Virus record (IMG/VR): IMGVR_UViG_3300025133_000039
Length of the DNA stretch: 56,484 nucleotides
Reading direction: 5' to 3' (one strand)
Source: an uncultured virus (IMG/VR IMGVR_UViG_3300025133_000039)
Taxonomy: Duplodnaviria > Heunggongvirae > Uroviricota > Caudoviricetes
Each line of letters starts with the position of its first letter. Position 1 is the stretch's first letter. Position numbers and translations under genes: made by a program. Under the pieces are notes generated by a model. That model did not search any database, was not told the DNA's origin, and was given only the letters and a program-made list of their open reading frames with translations. Below are positions 1 through 10,965 of this stretch, in pieces.

Positions 1-3000
1 CATAAAAGTCTTCATAGCATCAGTGAATGCAGCAGTATTCATAAATACTGCCTGACCGCTTGCAGCTCTATAAGACCTAATCGCTCTCGCCTTCGAGGCG
101 GCGTTGCTACCGCCTCGAATATCATTAAGCATATCAAGACTAGAACCCTCAGGGAAGACAGAGCCAAGCATAGACCCTCTGGTGACGTTTGTCATCGCGC
201 CGGCAAAGAGGTCCGTCATGTTTCCGCGAAAGGCTCCTAGGCGGTCCTGGGCGACCCTGAATGCCTTTGAGCCAGCACCCTGCGCAGTGGAAATTCGGAG
301 TAGGTCATCATGAAGGGTTTTTACATTGCGAACGTACTGAGGAAAAATCTCAGTGGATGAACCATCTGCAGCACGAATAGAAGTCCCTTTCATGTTCTCT
401 AGAATGTCTCCACCTGGTAGGAATACAGAGGAGGATCCACCAAAAGCTTTCTCTGCGGCGGCTTGCACCTGCCTGTTCCCAGTGAAGTCGAGCGCAAGAC
501 CATCAGGGCTTTGCCTAAGAAGTGCTTCTACGGCTGCTTCTCCACCACCGCCAGCGGTGACAGACTTAGTGAACTTCTCCCAGTTCATCAGCGTTGGTCC
601 CTCAACGCCTAGCTTGTGTGCGGCTCTCACGTCACCAAGACTAGTGTGACCTATCATCGTTGACATAGTCTTAGATAGCCCGCTCGCGACAGACATGTCA
701 CGACCAATGTTCTCCTTGCGCGCCAGGAACGAAGTCATTACTTCGTTTACTTCATCTGCGTTCATACCCATAGTGTTTCGTAGGCGCTCTGCAAGGAACT
801 TGAATGAGCGAGGCTCTATAGAACCTTTCGCCGCACCGTATGTTAGGTACGGTGTCGGCGCCGCTGTAAGGGAGCCCATCCCTATAACGGCCTTAGACTC
901 AATGCCTTCCATAACGCCTGCTACCGCACCCTCCCCAAATGAACCTCGGATTGAGGCTTCGAGCCCAGAAGCGAATCCCTTTCCTGCGAATCTATTTCCT
1001 ACAGCGTGAGCACCGCCTAAGACGGAGCCAGCCATTTGTGGAGAAATGTCATTCATGTATACCGCTGCAGACAATACTTCGGTAGCAAAACTAGTCGCAC
1101 GCTGGAGCTTGAGGGCTTGTGTCAGAGGGGTCTTGGCTCCTCTAAGAGTCGCGGCATCTAAGCCTGCGCCTTTTGCGAACCAGGCATGTAGATCGTCAGC
1201 CCCACCGTTGGACCCCCAGGGCCCCAGGCCTAGCAGATCTAATCCACCAACCATCTGGTTAACAAGATTGTCAACAGACTTACGTAACATCGCGCCACTG
1301 GTGAAAAGTGTGCGATTCATATCCATCCCGGCTTCTCCAAATAGGGTCGCCGCAGTCATCCCACTACTACCTACAGGGATGCCTCTGAGCATCTTTCTAA
1401 TGGCGCTTTCGTCTGCTTCAAGAGTTGTTCCCTTGAATAGGTCACCGAAGAGCTTAGTTCTCCCAGTGGAGAACTCAGCCTTTCCATGGATATGAATCTT
1501 GTGCTGCGGGTTCCTTCCGCCAGTCACACTTCCAGAAGCCCTGAGGTGCATACCGGTCATATCGGGATGAGCCTTGATGAAAGCTTCCCTACCTTGAGGA
1601 CCCATTCCGAGCGCACCCTTATGACTTAGAATTTCAGCTCTAGTCAAATAGACACTCTCGCCCTTGCTTGTAGCATGGGTAATCCTGTTGAGTAGCTTAC
1701 GAGAAGAGAGATTGTGTTCTTTTGGGTTTAACACAGTCTTAACATATGGTGAACTGATGTTAGTCCTACCAGGCATTATTGCTTCGCCTTCGCCAATTCC
1801 GAAACGAGTACTAGTCTTCTTCTCAGACATGTCAAAGAAGATAGCCTTGTTCATAGAACCCGAGACCATATCGTTGGCTACAGACATGTTTCCACCGTAG
1901 ACCCTACGATCAGTTCGGCGCCCGACAGTAACGTTGGCTTGATTGTGGTGTGGGAAGATAAAGGTATCCCTTCCAAGCTGCTGGCCACGCCGAGCAGTTG
2001 TCAAAGAGGTTACCTGGGTTACTACTCCACCACCACGCATTGAGGAAGTATTGACACCCACGTTCATCGTGTCTCCGAACGGACCCCTGTTTACAGAAGG
2101 CTTCGATGACGGATGAAAGAATGAATCTTCTGGATGAAGGCTGGCGTCAGCAGCTAGCCAGGGCTGGAGATGGAAGGCCCTGTTTGAGTTAAGGGCTTCC
2201 ATTCCGACAACGGTCATGTGCTGGCTACGAGTCCTGTATGCATTCAGTAGGTTTCGACCGTACTCATCATTCTGTAGGGCTGCCCGAGGTAGAGCTTCGC
2301 TAAACGAGAGGGTGTGCTCACCGAACGTCCTGGAGTCCAGCATCCCTAAGTTGCCACCAACCTTGTCCATCCGTTGCTCAAAATGGCGGACAAAGAATTC
2401 TTCTGTTCCAACGATTGAAGCTGTACCCATCTTGGGAAACATAAAGCTGGACTGGACTACGTCCTTGGTCAGGCGAACCCTCTCGCCATGAGCAGCAAGC
2501 TGAAGCTCATCCATCTTTCCCGCGATTCCTGGTGCATCACCGAATAGCGGTGTTGCCGCATAAGGTGTAGCTAAAGCTTCTCCCGAGCGAATAATTTTAA
2601 GAGCCTCCCCGGGTCGATTCTTGCCTCCCCAAGAGGCAAGTTCCAGCGGAACAGAGGTAATGAACTTGTTGCCTTTTCGAATCTGAGCATAGTATGATAC
2701 TCCAACAGAGCCCTCTTTGACACTGACTAAAGAAACGCTACCACCCGCTCGCTGGGTGATATTGTTGATGCGCTCGTAGAAGTTTGTTGCAGCACTACCC
2801 AGTTCTGTAGCTGAAATTTTGTTATACCCCGCGCCACCCATGCCTTTCATACTTACAACAGGTGATGCGATCTGCGAACGAATGTCGAGAGCTGAATTCA
2901 ATGAACGATTGAACTCGCGTCGTACTGACTCAGTGCTTGTCTCTCGGATAGTGCTTACAGCCTGCTCAATAAGCTTCTCACTGTTACGCAAAATATCATC

Positions 3001-3447
3001 GGACTCCGATTCCAGCATCTGGCCAAGGGACGTGCGGATACCTTCGAGTGCAGGGTCATTTCTTTGGAGATCTAAGTTGTCGATAGTCTCAAGTACGGAT
3101 GTGATTACAGCTCGACGAGACTCAGCGCTCTCCGTGAGGATATCTTTAACGAACGTCCCTTTCGTTAGCTGCTCTCTAAAGCGCGCAGCCTGAGCATCCC
3201 GAGTGACAGCTTGCTCCTCGTGGATACGACGAAGGTTATCTCCAACAGAGATAGCCGTATTCTGGGCAGTGTTTGTCTTAAGATTGACAAGAGAGCTTGC
3301 ATCGTTGGACTTAAGCGCACGCCAACCGTGCGCCACGCCGAACATCACTGGAGCTACACCTAGTGCCTGCTTCAGAATGTTCGAGGTTGACTCGATAGGA
3401 GTTCTCGTAATGAGACTCGCCGGTCCGTTGGTGTTGTCGTTTGCCAT
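1..3447 (-). CDS. Giant virion-associated protein (>1149 aa, runs off window edge); possible virion RNA polymerase
   Basis: Open minus-strand frame from ATG at 3447 (TAATG overlap with the upstream stop) to position 1, starting MANDNTNGPASLITRTP. Absent from the ORF track because no stop is in the window. Lies in the structural module. RNAP-like hints (GEGEAIM, TKLFGDLFKG) are weak. Confidence 0.75.
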   Translation of the reverse strand, partial: MANDNTNGPASLITRTPIESTSNILKQALGVAPVMFGVAHGWRALKSNDASSLVNLKTNTAQNTAISVGDNLRRIHEEQAVTRDAQAARFREQLTKGTFVKDILTESAESRRAVITSVLETIDNLDLQRNDPALEGIRTSLGQMLESESDDILRNSEKLIEQAVSTIRETSTESVRREFNRSLNSALDIRSQIASPVVSMKGMGGAGYNKISATELGSAATNFYERINNITQRAGGSVSLVSVKEGSVGVSYYAQIRKGNKFITSVPLELASWGGKNRPGEALKIIRSGEALATPYAATPLFGDAPGIAGKMDELQLAAHGERVRLTKDVVQSSFMFPKMGTASIVGTEEFFVRHFEQRMDKVGGNLGMLDSRTFGEHTLSFSEALPRAALQNDEYGRNLLNAYRTRSQHMTVVGMEALNSNRAFHLQPWLAADASLHPEDSFFHPSSKPSVNRGPFGDTMNVGVNTSSMRGGGVVTQVTSLTTARRGQQLGRDTFIFPHHNQANVTVGRRTDRRVYGGNMSVANDMVSGSMNKAIFFDMSEKKTSTRFGIGEGEAIMPGRTNISSPYVKTVLNPKEHNLSSRKLLNRITHATSKGESVYLTRAEILSHKGALGMGPQGREAFIKAHPDMTGMHLRASGSVTGGRNPQHKIHIHGKAEFSTGRTKLFGDLFKGTTLEADESAIRKMLRGIPVGSSGMTAATLFGEAGMDMNRTLFTSGAMLRKSVDNLVNQMVGGLDLLGLGPWGSNGGADDLHAWFAKGAGLDAATLRGAKTPLTQALKLQRATSFATEVLSAAVYMNDISPQMAGSVLGGAHAVGNRFAGKGFASGLEASIRGSFGEGAVAGVMEGIESKAVIGMGSLTAAPTPYLTYGAAKGSIEPRSFKFLAERLRNTMGMNADEVNEVMTSFLARKENIGRDMSVASGLSKTMSTMIGHTSLGDVRAAHKLGVEGPTLMNWEKFTKSVTAGGGGEAAVEALLRQSPDGLALDFTGNRQVQAAAEKAFGGSSSVFLPGGDILENMKGTSIRAADGSSTEIFPQYVRNVKTLHDDLLRISTAQGAGSKAFRVAQDRLGAFRGNMTDLFAGAMTNVTRGSMLGSVFPEGSSLDMLNDIRGGSNAASKARAIRSYRAASGQAVFMNTAAFTDAMKTFM

Positions 3448-6400
3448 TACCTAAGCGCGTTCGCTATTCCTGAGAAGATATCGGTCTCTCTGTTATCGTT
3501 CCACTCGAACTGACCTCGGCTGCCTAGCCATGAGTTCGTACTGTGTACTGTCATCTGCGGACCTGTTCCGTTTCCACCGGGGTTAGCTAATCTATAAATA
3601 GCACCTTCGATGTATGTACGTCCAGGAGAGAAGGGGCTCTGCATAAGGAACTCATCGGAGCCCTCTAGGTAAGGTTTGCGAACCATTTGGCGCTCCTGGC
3701 TCTCCCACATATCGTACTCGTGGATATCCTTACCCAATGTACTAATGTACTTCATCTTAACATCGTCTAGGGATACATCCTGGTGCCATCCGATCCAATC
3801 GTCATGAGGCATCGGGTCCATCATCAACTCAGCATACTTCTGACTTAAGAACTGCTCATCAAGCTGTCGTTGAGCGTACGGAGACATTGTTGGGTCACCA
3901 GCATCTAGTCGATTCCATACGCTCTCGTAAAGAGCTGCCTGATCCCCTGGTACCATCTCAAGGATGCGCTTTCGGTCACTACCAGCCGCATAGGCAAAGG
4001 AGTCAAAGAACTTCTTCTCTGAATCAGGCAGCGCCTTGTAGATACCTAGAGGATTACCCTGAGGGTTCACACCATAGCGAGTTTCGCTAGCCTGCCTTAA
4101 AAGCGCTCGCTTCCCGGCCTTGTCCCCCATTGCTCCAGCCTGGTTGGCTGCAGCCATAGTCTTTGCGAACTGGAGCTTGTCGAAGTACTCACCGACATCA
4201 TCGGAGTCTTTTCTCCACGCAGGCTTGCCATCCCAGCCCAAGAAATTCGCAGCGCTGTGAGCAGCTGGTCTAAACCAATCTCGAATTGGCTCGTCCCAGA
4301 AAGCTAAAGGGGTACCATATAGGCGCTCATATTCGTACTGCTCGATAGCTGAACGATTACTCAGGAACTTCTGAACAGGTCTGAAGCCCATTAGGGTCAT
4401 GTACTCTACTGGTGCAGTGATACCTCTAAGGGTCTCTTGCGCATCGAACCAAAGCGGCTGTGTAATTCTAGACAAGGGGGTGATGATTGCAGCAGAGTCT
4501 GCCTGCTGCCAATTCATCTGGATCTGCTTCTCGTTAAGCATTCGATCCACACCGTCCATATACCTATTTACTTCAGCAGAAGTCTTTCCGGCTGCACGAT
4601 TCTGATATAGGCCTTCGCGGGTCTTGAAGAACTCGCTAGAAGTTGGAGCAATATCAGCAAGGATTGCGTACCTATGGATTAGCGGGTATGCCTCTGGGCG
4701 CAACCCGGCAAGTTCTGGGTGTAGCGACTGATAACCAGCTCCCGGAAGACGTACGTCTCCATGCTCTACGCTGCGATATGGGTCTCCGTAATGGAAGCGC
4801 GACGGGATCCAAGAAGGCATAGCATTGAGAATCGGGTTTCTCTGCTCAATCTCTGACCTGCGGCGAGGGACAAAGCGTCTCAACGCCTCAGTGGTGCCAA
4901 ATAGACCGCCAAGCGCCATATCCCAATAAGACTCAACCGGAGATGTCATTTGTGCAGCTGATGCCAGCACAGGGGTTTGAGCACCGAACGTGGCCGACCC
5001 AGTAATCGCTGCAGTCATAACGTTCTTGAACCAACCTGTCATACCTTCAAGTTCTCTAAACTGATAGTTCAAAGAACCAGCAAGGAAGCCGGGGGCGCCA
5101 CTGGTAGTAGGCGTACCTGGGCCGAGCCCGCCGAGGTTGTAGCTTGGTTCACCGGGCATGGGCCTGGATGCAAACTGTAGTTCACCATCAGGTCCTTCTC
5201 GAACCCAATCGGAAACATGCATCAGTCGGGATGGCTTAATAAGCCTCCCGACGGTAGACGAAAGCAGTCCTCCAATTACTGGAACATTCTCAAATGCTGC
5301 CATTGAAATCGGGTAAGGACGGTCGTAGTATTGCTGCCTCTCCAAATCGTAGGTGAAGTTCTTAATCCAGAACTTACGCATTGGAGAAATCTTGTCCTCG
5401 TCTTCACCCCAAACAGCTTTCTGCTTACTGCGGTTCATCATGAGCGTGTACTCAGAGGGGCGATGATAATCTACGCCAAGGCCTTCGAACGGCGTACCGC
5501 CGCCTTCCCACCATCTTGACTTACCTACAGCTACCTGCTGGCGTCCAGAGTAGATATTAATCTTCTCGCCGGGCCCCTGGAGGGAGCCGAATACGCCCTT
5601 AGTTAGAACTGCATGGGCAGCAAAACCAGTACCGAAGAGCATACCCAGTCTTCCAAGACGGGTATTAAATCCCATCCCAGAGATAGCCTCTTTGTAAGCT
5701 TTCTCATCTAGAGAAGCTCCAAAGAATGCGTGATAAGCCTTTGCCCCTGTTGCTTCAAGCGTTCGCATTGCTCCAGCGCCGAAACCGGCACCAGACGGAT
5801 ATCTACGATTAATTGCTTCTAGCCTGGTAATTAGGGACTGGTTAACCCCAGTTTTGCGGACTTCCTGAAGTTTAGTTTCCTCTGCCAGCTCCCAAAGCTG
5901 GGAGAGTTTATTTGCGAGCTGTCGCTGACTATCTAGACCGTCGGACGCGGCAGCCCACTGCAAGCCAGCAAGATATCTTCGATGCTTGATAAACTCTGGG
6001 CCACGACTTCTCGCAATATTCTCATAGTAGTCAAACCCTAGTTGGGTCTGAGCCATAGTCTCTACTGAGCGATAGAAGTGTGAACGAATAGATCTTGTAG
6101 GTGGTACCTGCCCTGCAACTTCCGACATATTGATGCCGATTCGGTTGCGCAAGCTACTCGGAAGCATGCCATTCCAGCCATACTTGCTCTTAGCAATCTT
6201 GCCAGGAAGACTTCCGTGAGACAGGACTGCAACGCCGATACCTGTAAGCGCTCCAGTCTTCCAGTCACTAATTCCTGGGAAAAGCCCTTCGACAACCCTT
6301 CTGTACGCACTAGTACCAGTTATCGCACCAATGCCAGAGCTAGCAACGTCCAAGTTCACTGCAGTTGTAGCAATTCCAGGAATAACACCTTCGTCAAATC

Positions 6401-7580
6401 CTGGGAGAATCATTTGCCCAGCGAAAGAGGCCAGGCCTGCCATCATGGCAGCCTGTGGACCCTTGGCAAATCTACTCACTACTCCTGAGACTCCAAGAGA
6501 GGTTAGACCTGACATTGCCAGGTGGCCAGGTAGTCCACCCTGGCGTCGAGCCCAATCTGTCTGAGAAAGACCGACACCTAAGGCACCTACAGCTCCAGCC
6601 TTTACGCCGAATCTCATGAACATTGAGTGCGCTGGGCCAGAGCGAATCTTCATAGAGAAGCCCATCTTCTTCTGAAGCGCGCTGTCTACGTCTCTAACAA
6701 AAGGGATCTGCTCCATTGTTCCCTGGAGCAAGCGATTTAAACGCTCCATGCCTGAGGCAAATGGAGCTAGCGGCAAGGTGCTACGCCGCCCGATATCCGC
6801 GATAGTCCCAGCAGGGCCAGAGATCGAAGGAACTGGGAAATGTGTTGCTGGGTTGTAACGGCCTCCAGCCCCCATCGTCTCCTGAGCGAAGAATTGATCC
6901 GGCCTAAAGCCGTCAATCTCCGTCATCCCTAACTGCTGAAGAACTCCATACGCAGCTGTGTTCATTCCCTTATTGCGGGTGAACAAGTGCTCGTCTCCAA
7001 GAGTTCTCTCGAAGAGGCTAATTGAGTCAGACAGTAGGTGAGACTTGCTACCAGTCTTTAGATATAGGGAGCCTCGCCCGCTAGTAGAACCTTGGGCTCT
7101 CTCGAAAACAAGGGAGTCGGGTCCACCTGCAACTGGAAAAGATCCCTTACCAGCAAGCCCTAGCTTGCTTAGGTCTTGCCCAGTGATTCTCTCTAGGTAA
7201 TCTAGGCTAAGGCCACCCTTACCCTGTAAAAAGGTCTTGTCCCACGAGCGCTGGTATACCTCGGCGCCACTTCCGGTAACAGACCGAGCTAGCCTCATCC
7301 CCTGCGCCGGAGCAGAAGTGAACGGAGACATCCATTCCGCTGCGCGGAAGGTGTTTGCAATACTAAATGGGGATAGGTTTCCAGCCAACCTTGCATTGGC
7401 TTGGAGAGAGTCAAAGAGGCTGTAGCCGCCTCCGATGCCTGCACTAGCAGCAGCTACACCGCCACCAATACCGAGGCCAACAGCGATTGCGAGGTTACTC
7501 GCTCGCTCGCCTCCTGGAAGATAAGGCTCTGCGGGATTAGATGTCCAGACTGTGGGACGCTGCTGATGCGGGCTGTACAT
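3447..7580 (-). CDS. Large virion protein (tape-measure-like or internal/ejected protein)
   Basis: 1377-aa Gly/Ala-rich ORF with hydrophobic segments, directly downstream of two chaperone-like genes and the tube genes. GGAG RBS present. Confidence 0.6.
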   Translation of the reverse strand: MYSPHQQRPTVWTSNPAEPYLPGGERASNLAIAVGLGIGGGVAAASAGIGGGYSLFDSLQANARLAGNLSPFSIANTFRAAEWMSPFTSAPAQGMRLARSVTGSGAEVYQRSWDKTFLQGKGGLSLDYLERITGQDLSKLGLAGKGSFPVAGGPDSLVFERAQGSTSGRGSLYLKTGSKSHLLSDSISLFERTLGDEHLFTRNKGMNTAAYGVLQQLGMTEIDGFRPDQFFAQETMGAGGRYNPATHFPVPSISGPAGTIADIGRRSTLPLAPFASGMERLNRLLQGTMEQIPFVRDVDSALQKKMGFSMKIRSGPAHSMFMRFGVKAGAVGALGVGLSQTDWARRQGGLPGHLAMSGLTSLGVSGVVSRFAKGPQAAMMAGLASFAGQMILPGFDEGVIPGIATTAVNLDVASSGIGAITGTSAYRRVVEGLFPGISDWKTGALTGIGVAVLSHGSLPGKIAKSKYGWNGMLPSSLRNRIGINMSEVAGQVPPTRSIRSHFYRSVETMAQTQLGFDYYENIARSRGPEFIKHRRYLAGLQWAAASDGLDSQRQLANKLSQLWELAEETKLQEVRKTGVNQSLITRLEAINRRYPSGAGFGAGAMRTLEATGAKAYHAFFGASLDEKAYKEAISGMGFNTRLGRLGMLFGTGFAAHAVLTKGVFGSLQGPGEKINIYSGRQQVAVGKSRWWEGGGTPFEGLGVDYHRPSEYTLMMNRSKQKAVWGEDEDKISPMRKFWIKNFTYDLERQQYYDRPYPISMAAFENVPVIGGLLSSTVGRLIKPSRLMHVSDWVREGPDGELQFASRPMPGEPSYNLGGLGPGTPTTSGAPGFLAGSLNYQFRELEGMTGWFKNVMTAAITGSATFGAQTPVLASAAQMTSPVESYWDMALGGLFGTTEALRRFVPRRRSEIEQRNPILNAMPSWIPSRFHYGDPYRSVEHGDVRLPGAGYQSLHPELAGLRPEAYPLIHRYAILADIAPTSSEFFKTREGLYQNRAAGKTSAEVNRYMDGVDRMLNEKQIQMNWQQADSAAIITPLSRITQPLWFDAQETLRGITAPVEYMTLMGFRPVQKFLSNRSAIEQYEYERLYGTPLAFWDEPIRDWFRPAAHSAANFLGWDGKPAWRKDSDDVGEYFDKLQFAKTMAAANQAGAMGDKAGKRALLRQASETRYGVNPQGNPLGIYKALPDSEKKFFDSFAYAAGSDRKRILEMVPGDQAALYESVWNRLDAGDPTMSPYAQRQLDEQFLSQKYAELMMDPMPHDDWIGWHQDVSLDDVKMKYISTLGKDIHEYDMWESQERQMVRKPYLEGSDEFLMQSPFSPGRTYIEGAIYRLANPGGNGTGPQMTVHSTNSWLGSRGQFEWNDNRETDIFSGIANALR

Positions 7581-7590
7581 CTAGAGTCTC

Positions 7591-8280
7591 CTACAGTGCT
7601 CTTCTACGCCTAGAAAGCTCCTGGACTTGCTGTTTCGTTAGAGTGGAACTTCGGTGCCCATTCTCTTCTATGAGGTGCGGGCCCATAGCTTTCTGAATAG
7701 CTCTGTTATCAGCATTGAAATCAACAGGCCCCTTGTTCTTCTTCTTTGCCTTCATTTCAGCCATCTCTTCAGGAGTTTTAATATCCTTGAGCTGCATACG
7801 CTGGAATTCTGGGTTTTGAAGACCAAGAATATTCTCTGCAATTGTAAACTTTTCTAGAAGCTCGGGGCGAGTCCATGCGCCCATATCTTCTAGAGAATAA
7901 GCAGAGAAAGCCATATTAATTACGGCCATCATGTGGTTCAAAACAGTGTCAGGTGGATTCGACTGTCGAGCAATCTTGATATCTTGCTTGAGGGTATCCT
8001 GCTCACAATCCCCAGAGAGCCACATCACCAACTGCCCAACAGAGACAGTTACTCCTGCGGGTAGCTCTTTAGAGATAAGCGAAGCAGTCCCCAAGTAGCA
8101 CCGATTAAACACTTCCTCCGCAAGCACGAGAGGGGGCAATACGCCCCCGTCTCGTAGCTTAACGAAAACCTTGTATTCCTTCATCGTCAAAAGACGATAT
8201 GAGAAAGAGATACCCAGTTCGGGGAAGGTGGTTCGGTATAGGCGACCGCCAGACTCTACTAGCGTGTCGATATCCACCAC
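7591..8280 (-). CDS. Putative tail assembly chaperone
   Basis: 229-aa ORF between the tube paralogs and the large virion protein. Assignment is positional. Confidence 0.45.
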   Translation of the reverse strand: MVDIDTLVESGGRLYRTTFPELGISFSYRLLTMKEYKVFVKLRDGGVLPPLVLAEEVFNRCYLGTASLISKELPAGVTVSVGQLVMWLSGDCEQDTLKQDIKIARQSNPPDTVLNHMMAVINMAFSAYSLEDMGAWTRPELLEKFTIAENILGLQNPEFQRMQLKDIKTPEEMAEMKAKKKNKGPVDFNADNRAIQKAMGPHLIEENGHRSSTLTKQQVQELSRRRRAL

Positions 8281-8286
8281 AACCTC

Positions 8287-9135
8287 TTATAGCTGAGTAG
8301 TTAGAAGCATCGCCTGCTGAGCGTTGAGGAAGTATGAGTTCAGCATAATGACCTCGTAAAGACTCGGAACAACACCCGCCCTTGAGTTAATGAAAAACTC
8401 GATAGGTAGGCGCGGCCAAATCATTGCGTGCTGCACAATCTTCTCGGCCATCTTGTCCTGCATCGCCTGGTTTCCACCCTGCTGTGCAATCTGCTCGGCC
8501 ATCTGCTGAATCTGCTGCCACTGCCCTCGCTTCAGGTGAGTGAAGATATAGACATCGCCCTCTCCGAAGGCAATACAATGGACCGCATTAGCTCCATACT
8601 GACGCTTCCAGGCATCAATCTGCGCCTGTCCTGGGGCTCCAGGAGTGTTACTCAGAATCTCTAGAATCTGATTATGCATTGAGGGGGCTAGAACTTCTTC
8701 AGCTGCTGGAGCCTGCTGATCGAGTTCTGCCTGAAGAGCATCAAGCTCTTGACCTAGATCGGACACTGGTGCCTCCTGTACTGCCGCCGCCTGCTCTCTG
8801 CGCTTAGCCCTGGGTACCAGAGCCTTGGGAGGCGCTGAAGGGCGAGCAGAGGCTGAAGGGACAGGACGCTTCTTAACCTGCTTGGGTAGTTTGAGTGTTG
8901 GTCGAACCGGAACCGGGACTTCGTACTCCACGGCTTCTGGCTGGACTGGCGCTTCTGGCGACCAGTCCTCTGTTGACAGATCGTCGGCAAACGAATCTGC
9001 AAGCTGATCTAGTCCACTAAGGATCTGACCAGCTGAGGGGGCCTCGCTATTAAGCGCGGCGAACTCTTCCTCGGAAAGAGCGCCGCCGACTGCTAGGTGG
9101 GACGGCGTGGCTTCCATTCGGATATTTCTTGACAT
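8287..9135 (-). CDS. Putative tail assembly chaperone (disordered Pro/Ala-rich N-terminus)
   Basis: 282-aa ORF after the tube genes. The C-terminal domain (QIDAWKRQYG...YIFTHLKRGQW) resembles myophage tail chaperones. Confidence 0.5.
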   Translation of the reverse strand: MSRNIRMEATPSHLAVGGALSEEEFAALNSEAPSAGQILSGLDQLADSFADDLSTEDWSPEAPVQPEAVEYEVPVPVRPTLKLPKQVKKRPVPSASARPSAPPKALVPRAKRREQAAAVQEAPVSDLGQELDALQAELDQQAPAAEEVLAPSMHNQILEILSNTPGAPGQAQIDAWKRQYGANAVHCIAFGEGDVYIFTHLKRGQWQQIQQMAEQIAQQGGNQAMQDKMAEKIVQHAMIWPRLPIEFFINSRAGVVPSLYEVIMLNSYFLNAQQAMLLTTQL

Positions 9136-9136
9136 A

Positions 9137-9808
9137 TTAAACTAAAGCTCCTTGGGCTCTTCTTACATCTTTGGTTGTAAGCGTTCTTGCAAAAAATGAA
9201 TACTCTTCTACGATAACATGCTCATTGATTTCAATGGCCTGCCCCCTGCCCACGATGAAGGCTGAGTTGATTAAGACTTCGTAGAAATCAGCATAGTGGA
9301 TTCTAATATCGAAGGGGCCCAGAAGTCCAACGTCTTTAGCTCCGGAAGTTGCAATGCCAAGTTGCTGGGGTGTTGAAGGGCCCCAGATATCTGACTCAAG
9401 CAAGCCTCTAACCCTGGAAAGCTGGGCTGGGTCATTTACGTCTACGTCTTGGATTACTTCCGCTGCACTTCGTGCGACTGGGTTAAAAGTAGCGCCCTCT
9501 GGCTTCTCCTGCCATGGGTTTCCCACTGACGCTAACTCAAACTCGGTTAAAGGTTTACCCCCGGTCTTTCTTCCTTGCTTCACAGCATACCACAAGTAGT
9601 CTGGGTGAACGAAATTGATTACAAAGGAGCCCTGAATAAGCACCTGCCCCGGTGCGACGGCGTCAAACAATCTAGAGTTATACCCATAGATTGGAATCGC
9701 AGAGTCAATAAGGTTGAACTGGATAGCGCCAACCTCTAACGAGGGTTGGCCGTCAAAAGTGACCACAGTGTTAGCGCCACTGAAATACTCATATGAATAG
9801 AAAGACAC
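9137..9808 (-). CDS. Tail tube-like protein (tube paralog / baseplate tube initiator)
   Basis: YFSGANTVV...PIYGY...GSFVINF...PFDI...EEYSFFART parallels the motifs of the tube protein at 11034-11711. Confidence 0.65.
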   Translation of the reverse strand: MSFYSYEYFSGANTVVTFDGQPSLEVGAIQFNLIDSAIPIYGYNSRLFDAVAPGQVLIQGSFVINFVHPDYLWYAVKQGRKTGGKPLTEFELASVGNPWQEKPEGATFNPVARSAAEVIQDVDVNDPAQLSRVRGLLESDIWGPSTPQQLGIATSGAKDVGLLGPFDIRIHYADFYEVLINSAFIVGRGQAIEINEHVIVEEYSFFARTLTTKDVRRAQGALV

Positions 9809-9820
9809 GATAACTCCTGT

Positions 9821-10954
9821 TTACTTGCCCCAGATTTCAGGGCCTGTTGCGCCAGGCCTTACCGAGTTCTGACCCCAAATTGAATCAGAGTCACCTACAG
9901 CTTCAATTGAAACAGAAGTCCCTCCCTCGGACAGAACCTGAGTTTCGTCTCTAGCTCCACCCATTGCTGGAGAGCCAGCTTCAAAGGAAATGCGATCTAA
10001 CTCATAGGCTAGAGCTGCTTCCCTTTTCATAACCGAATCTTCAATACTAGAGTCCTGGAAGTTTTGGTCCCCACCTTGGGCAAGCTCTCTTGCAATCTGA
10101 TCTGGAACTACAGGGCTGAAAGCTGCAAAGTCTTTAATGTCTCTACAAACAAAGTTGAATGTCATTTCGCTTACCACGTCATTTACAGACGTAACTAACC
10201 CCTGATCGAAAAGCTCAACACCTTGTAGTAGGAGGCATGCCGTAGCGCTACGAAACCGCGTCTCTGGACGACTAAGGACTGCACCGGGATTCTCGCCAAA
10301 AGCTGGTCTCGATTCTTCCACTCTCGCCGGCGATACAGTCTCTAGGTGGGCAACCTCTGTCGTATAGACGAGAAGAAAGTCGAAAGGAGAGAGCATTGTG
10401 GCAACTTTGCCAGAATGAAGTACTTCGTCTAAGAAGAGTCCATCCCGAACAACTCGGTCCCCAGTCCGGGAGAAAGAGTTTGGTGGCGTCAACGGGTGAC
10501 CCACACCCTTGTCGCCCATATCTACACTCCACTCACTGCCACGCCTATAAGCTTGAGGATCGGAGGGGTTTACATGCTCGGTTGTGCCAAACCTGCTGTT
10601 AAGCCTGTTCCTCGATCCGTACAATACGTCATCTGCTAGAAGCATGCGCAGCGGGTGGTCATCGATAACCGTAAAAATCATAGAGCCAGCAACCATACGC
10701 ACCGAGCGAGAGAAGCCCTTGACAGCTCTATACCCTAGCGCTCTAGCCGTACCTCTGGGCTCGTGGATAGAGAAAGAGATAGTGTGAAGAGACTCAAGAA
10801 ATCGAGGATTACTGAAATTGCCTCGACCCGGAGGCGCATAAGGGTCTACAGGAAGCCAAGCGTAAGCTCTGGCATCGGCACCTGAGAAAGCATAGCGCTG
10901 CGAATGGTTGGCGCTGCCTACTAGCGGAGAGGACCCGATGGTCTGATTTGTCAT
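9821..10954 (-). CDS. Tail tube-like protein (tube paralog)
   Basis: FSGADARA...LHTISFS...GFSRSVRMVAGSMIF...PFDF...GVEL...SVNDVVSEMTFNFVCR parallels the tube protein. Confidence 0.7.
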   Translation of the reverse strand: MTNQTIGSSPLVGSANHSQRYAFSGADARAYAWLPVDPYAPPGRGNFSNPRFLESLHTISFSIHEPRGTARALGYRAVKGFSRSVRMVAGSMIFTVIDDHPLRMLLADDVLYGSRNRLNSRFGTTEHVNPSDPQAYRRGSEWSVDMGDKGVGHPLTPPNSFSRTGDRVVRDGLFLDEVLHSGKVATMLSPFDFLLVYTTEVAHLETVSPARVEESRPAFGENPGAVLSRPETRFRSATACLLLQGVELFDQGLVTSVNDVVSEMTFNFVCRDIKDFAAFSPVVPDQIARELAQGGDQNFQDSSIEDSVMKREAALAYELDRISFEAGSPAMGGARDETQVLSEGGTSVSIEAVGDSDSIWGQNSVRPGATGPEIWGK

Positions 10955-10965
10955 TACCTTTTCCT

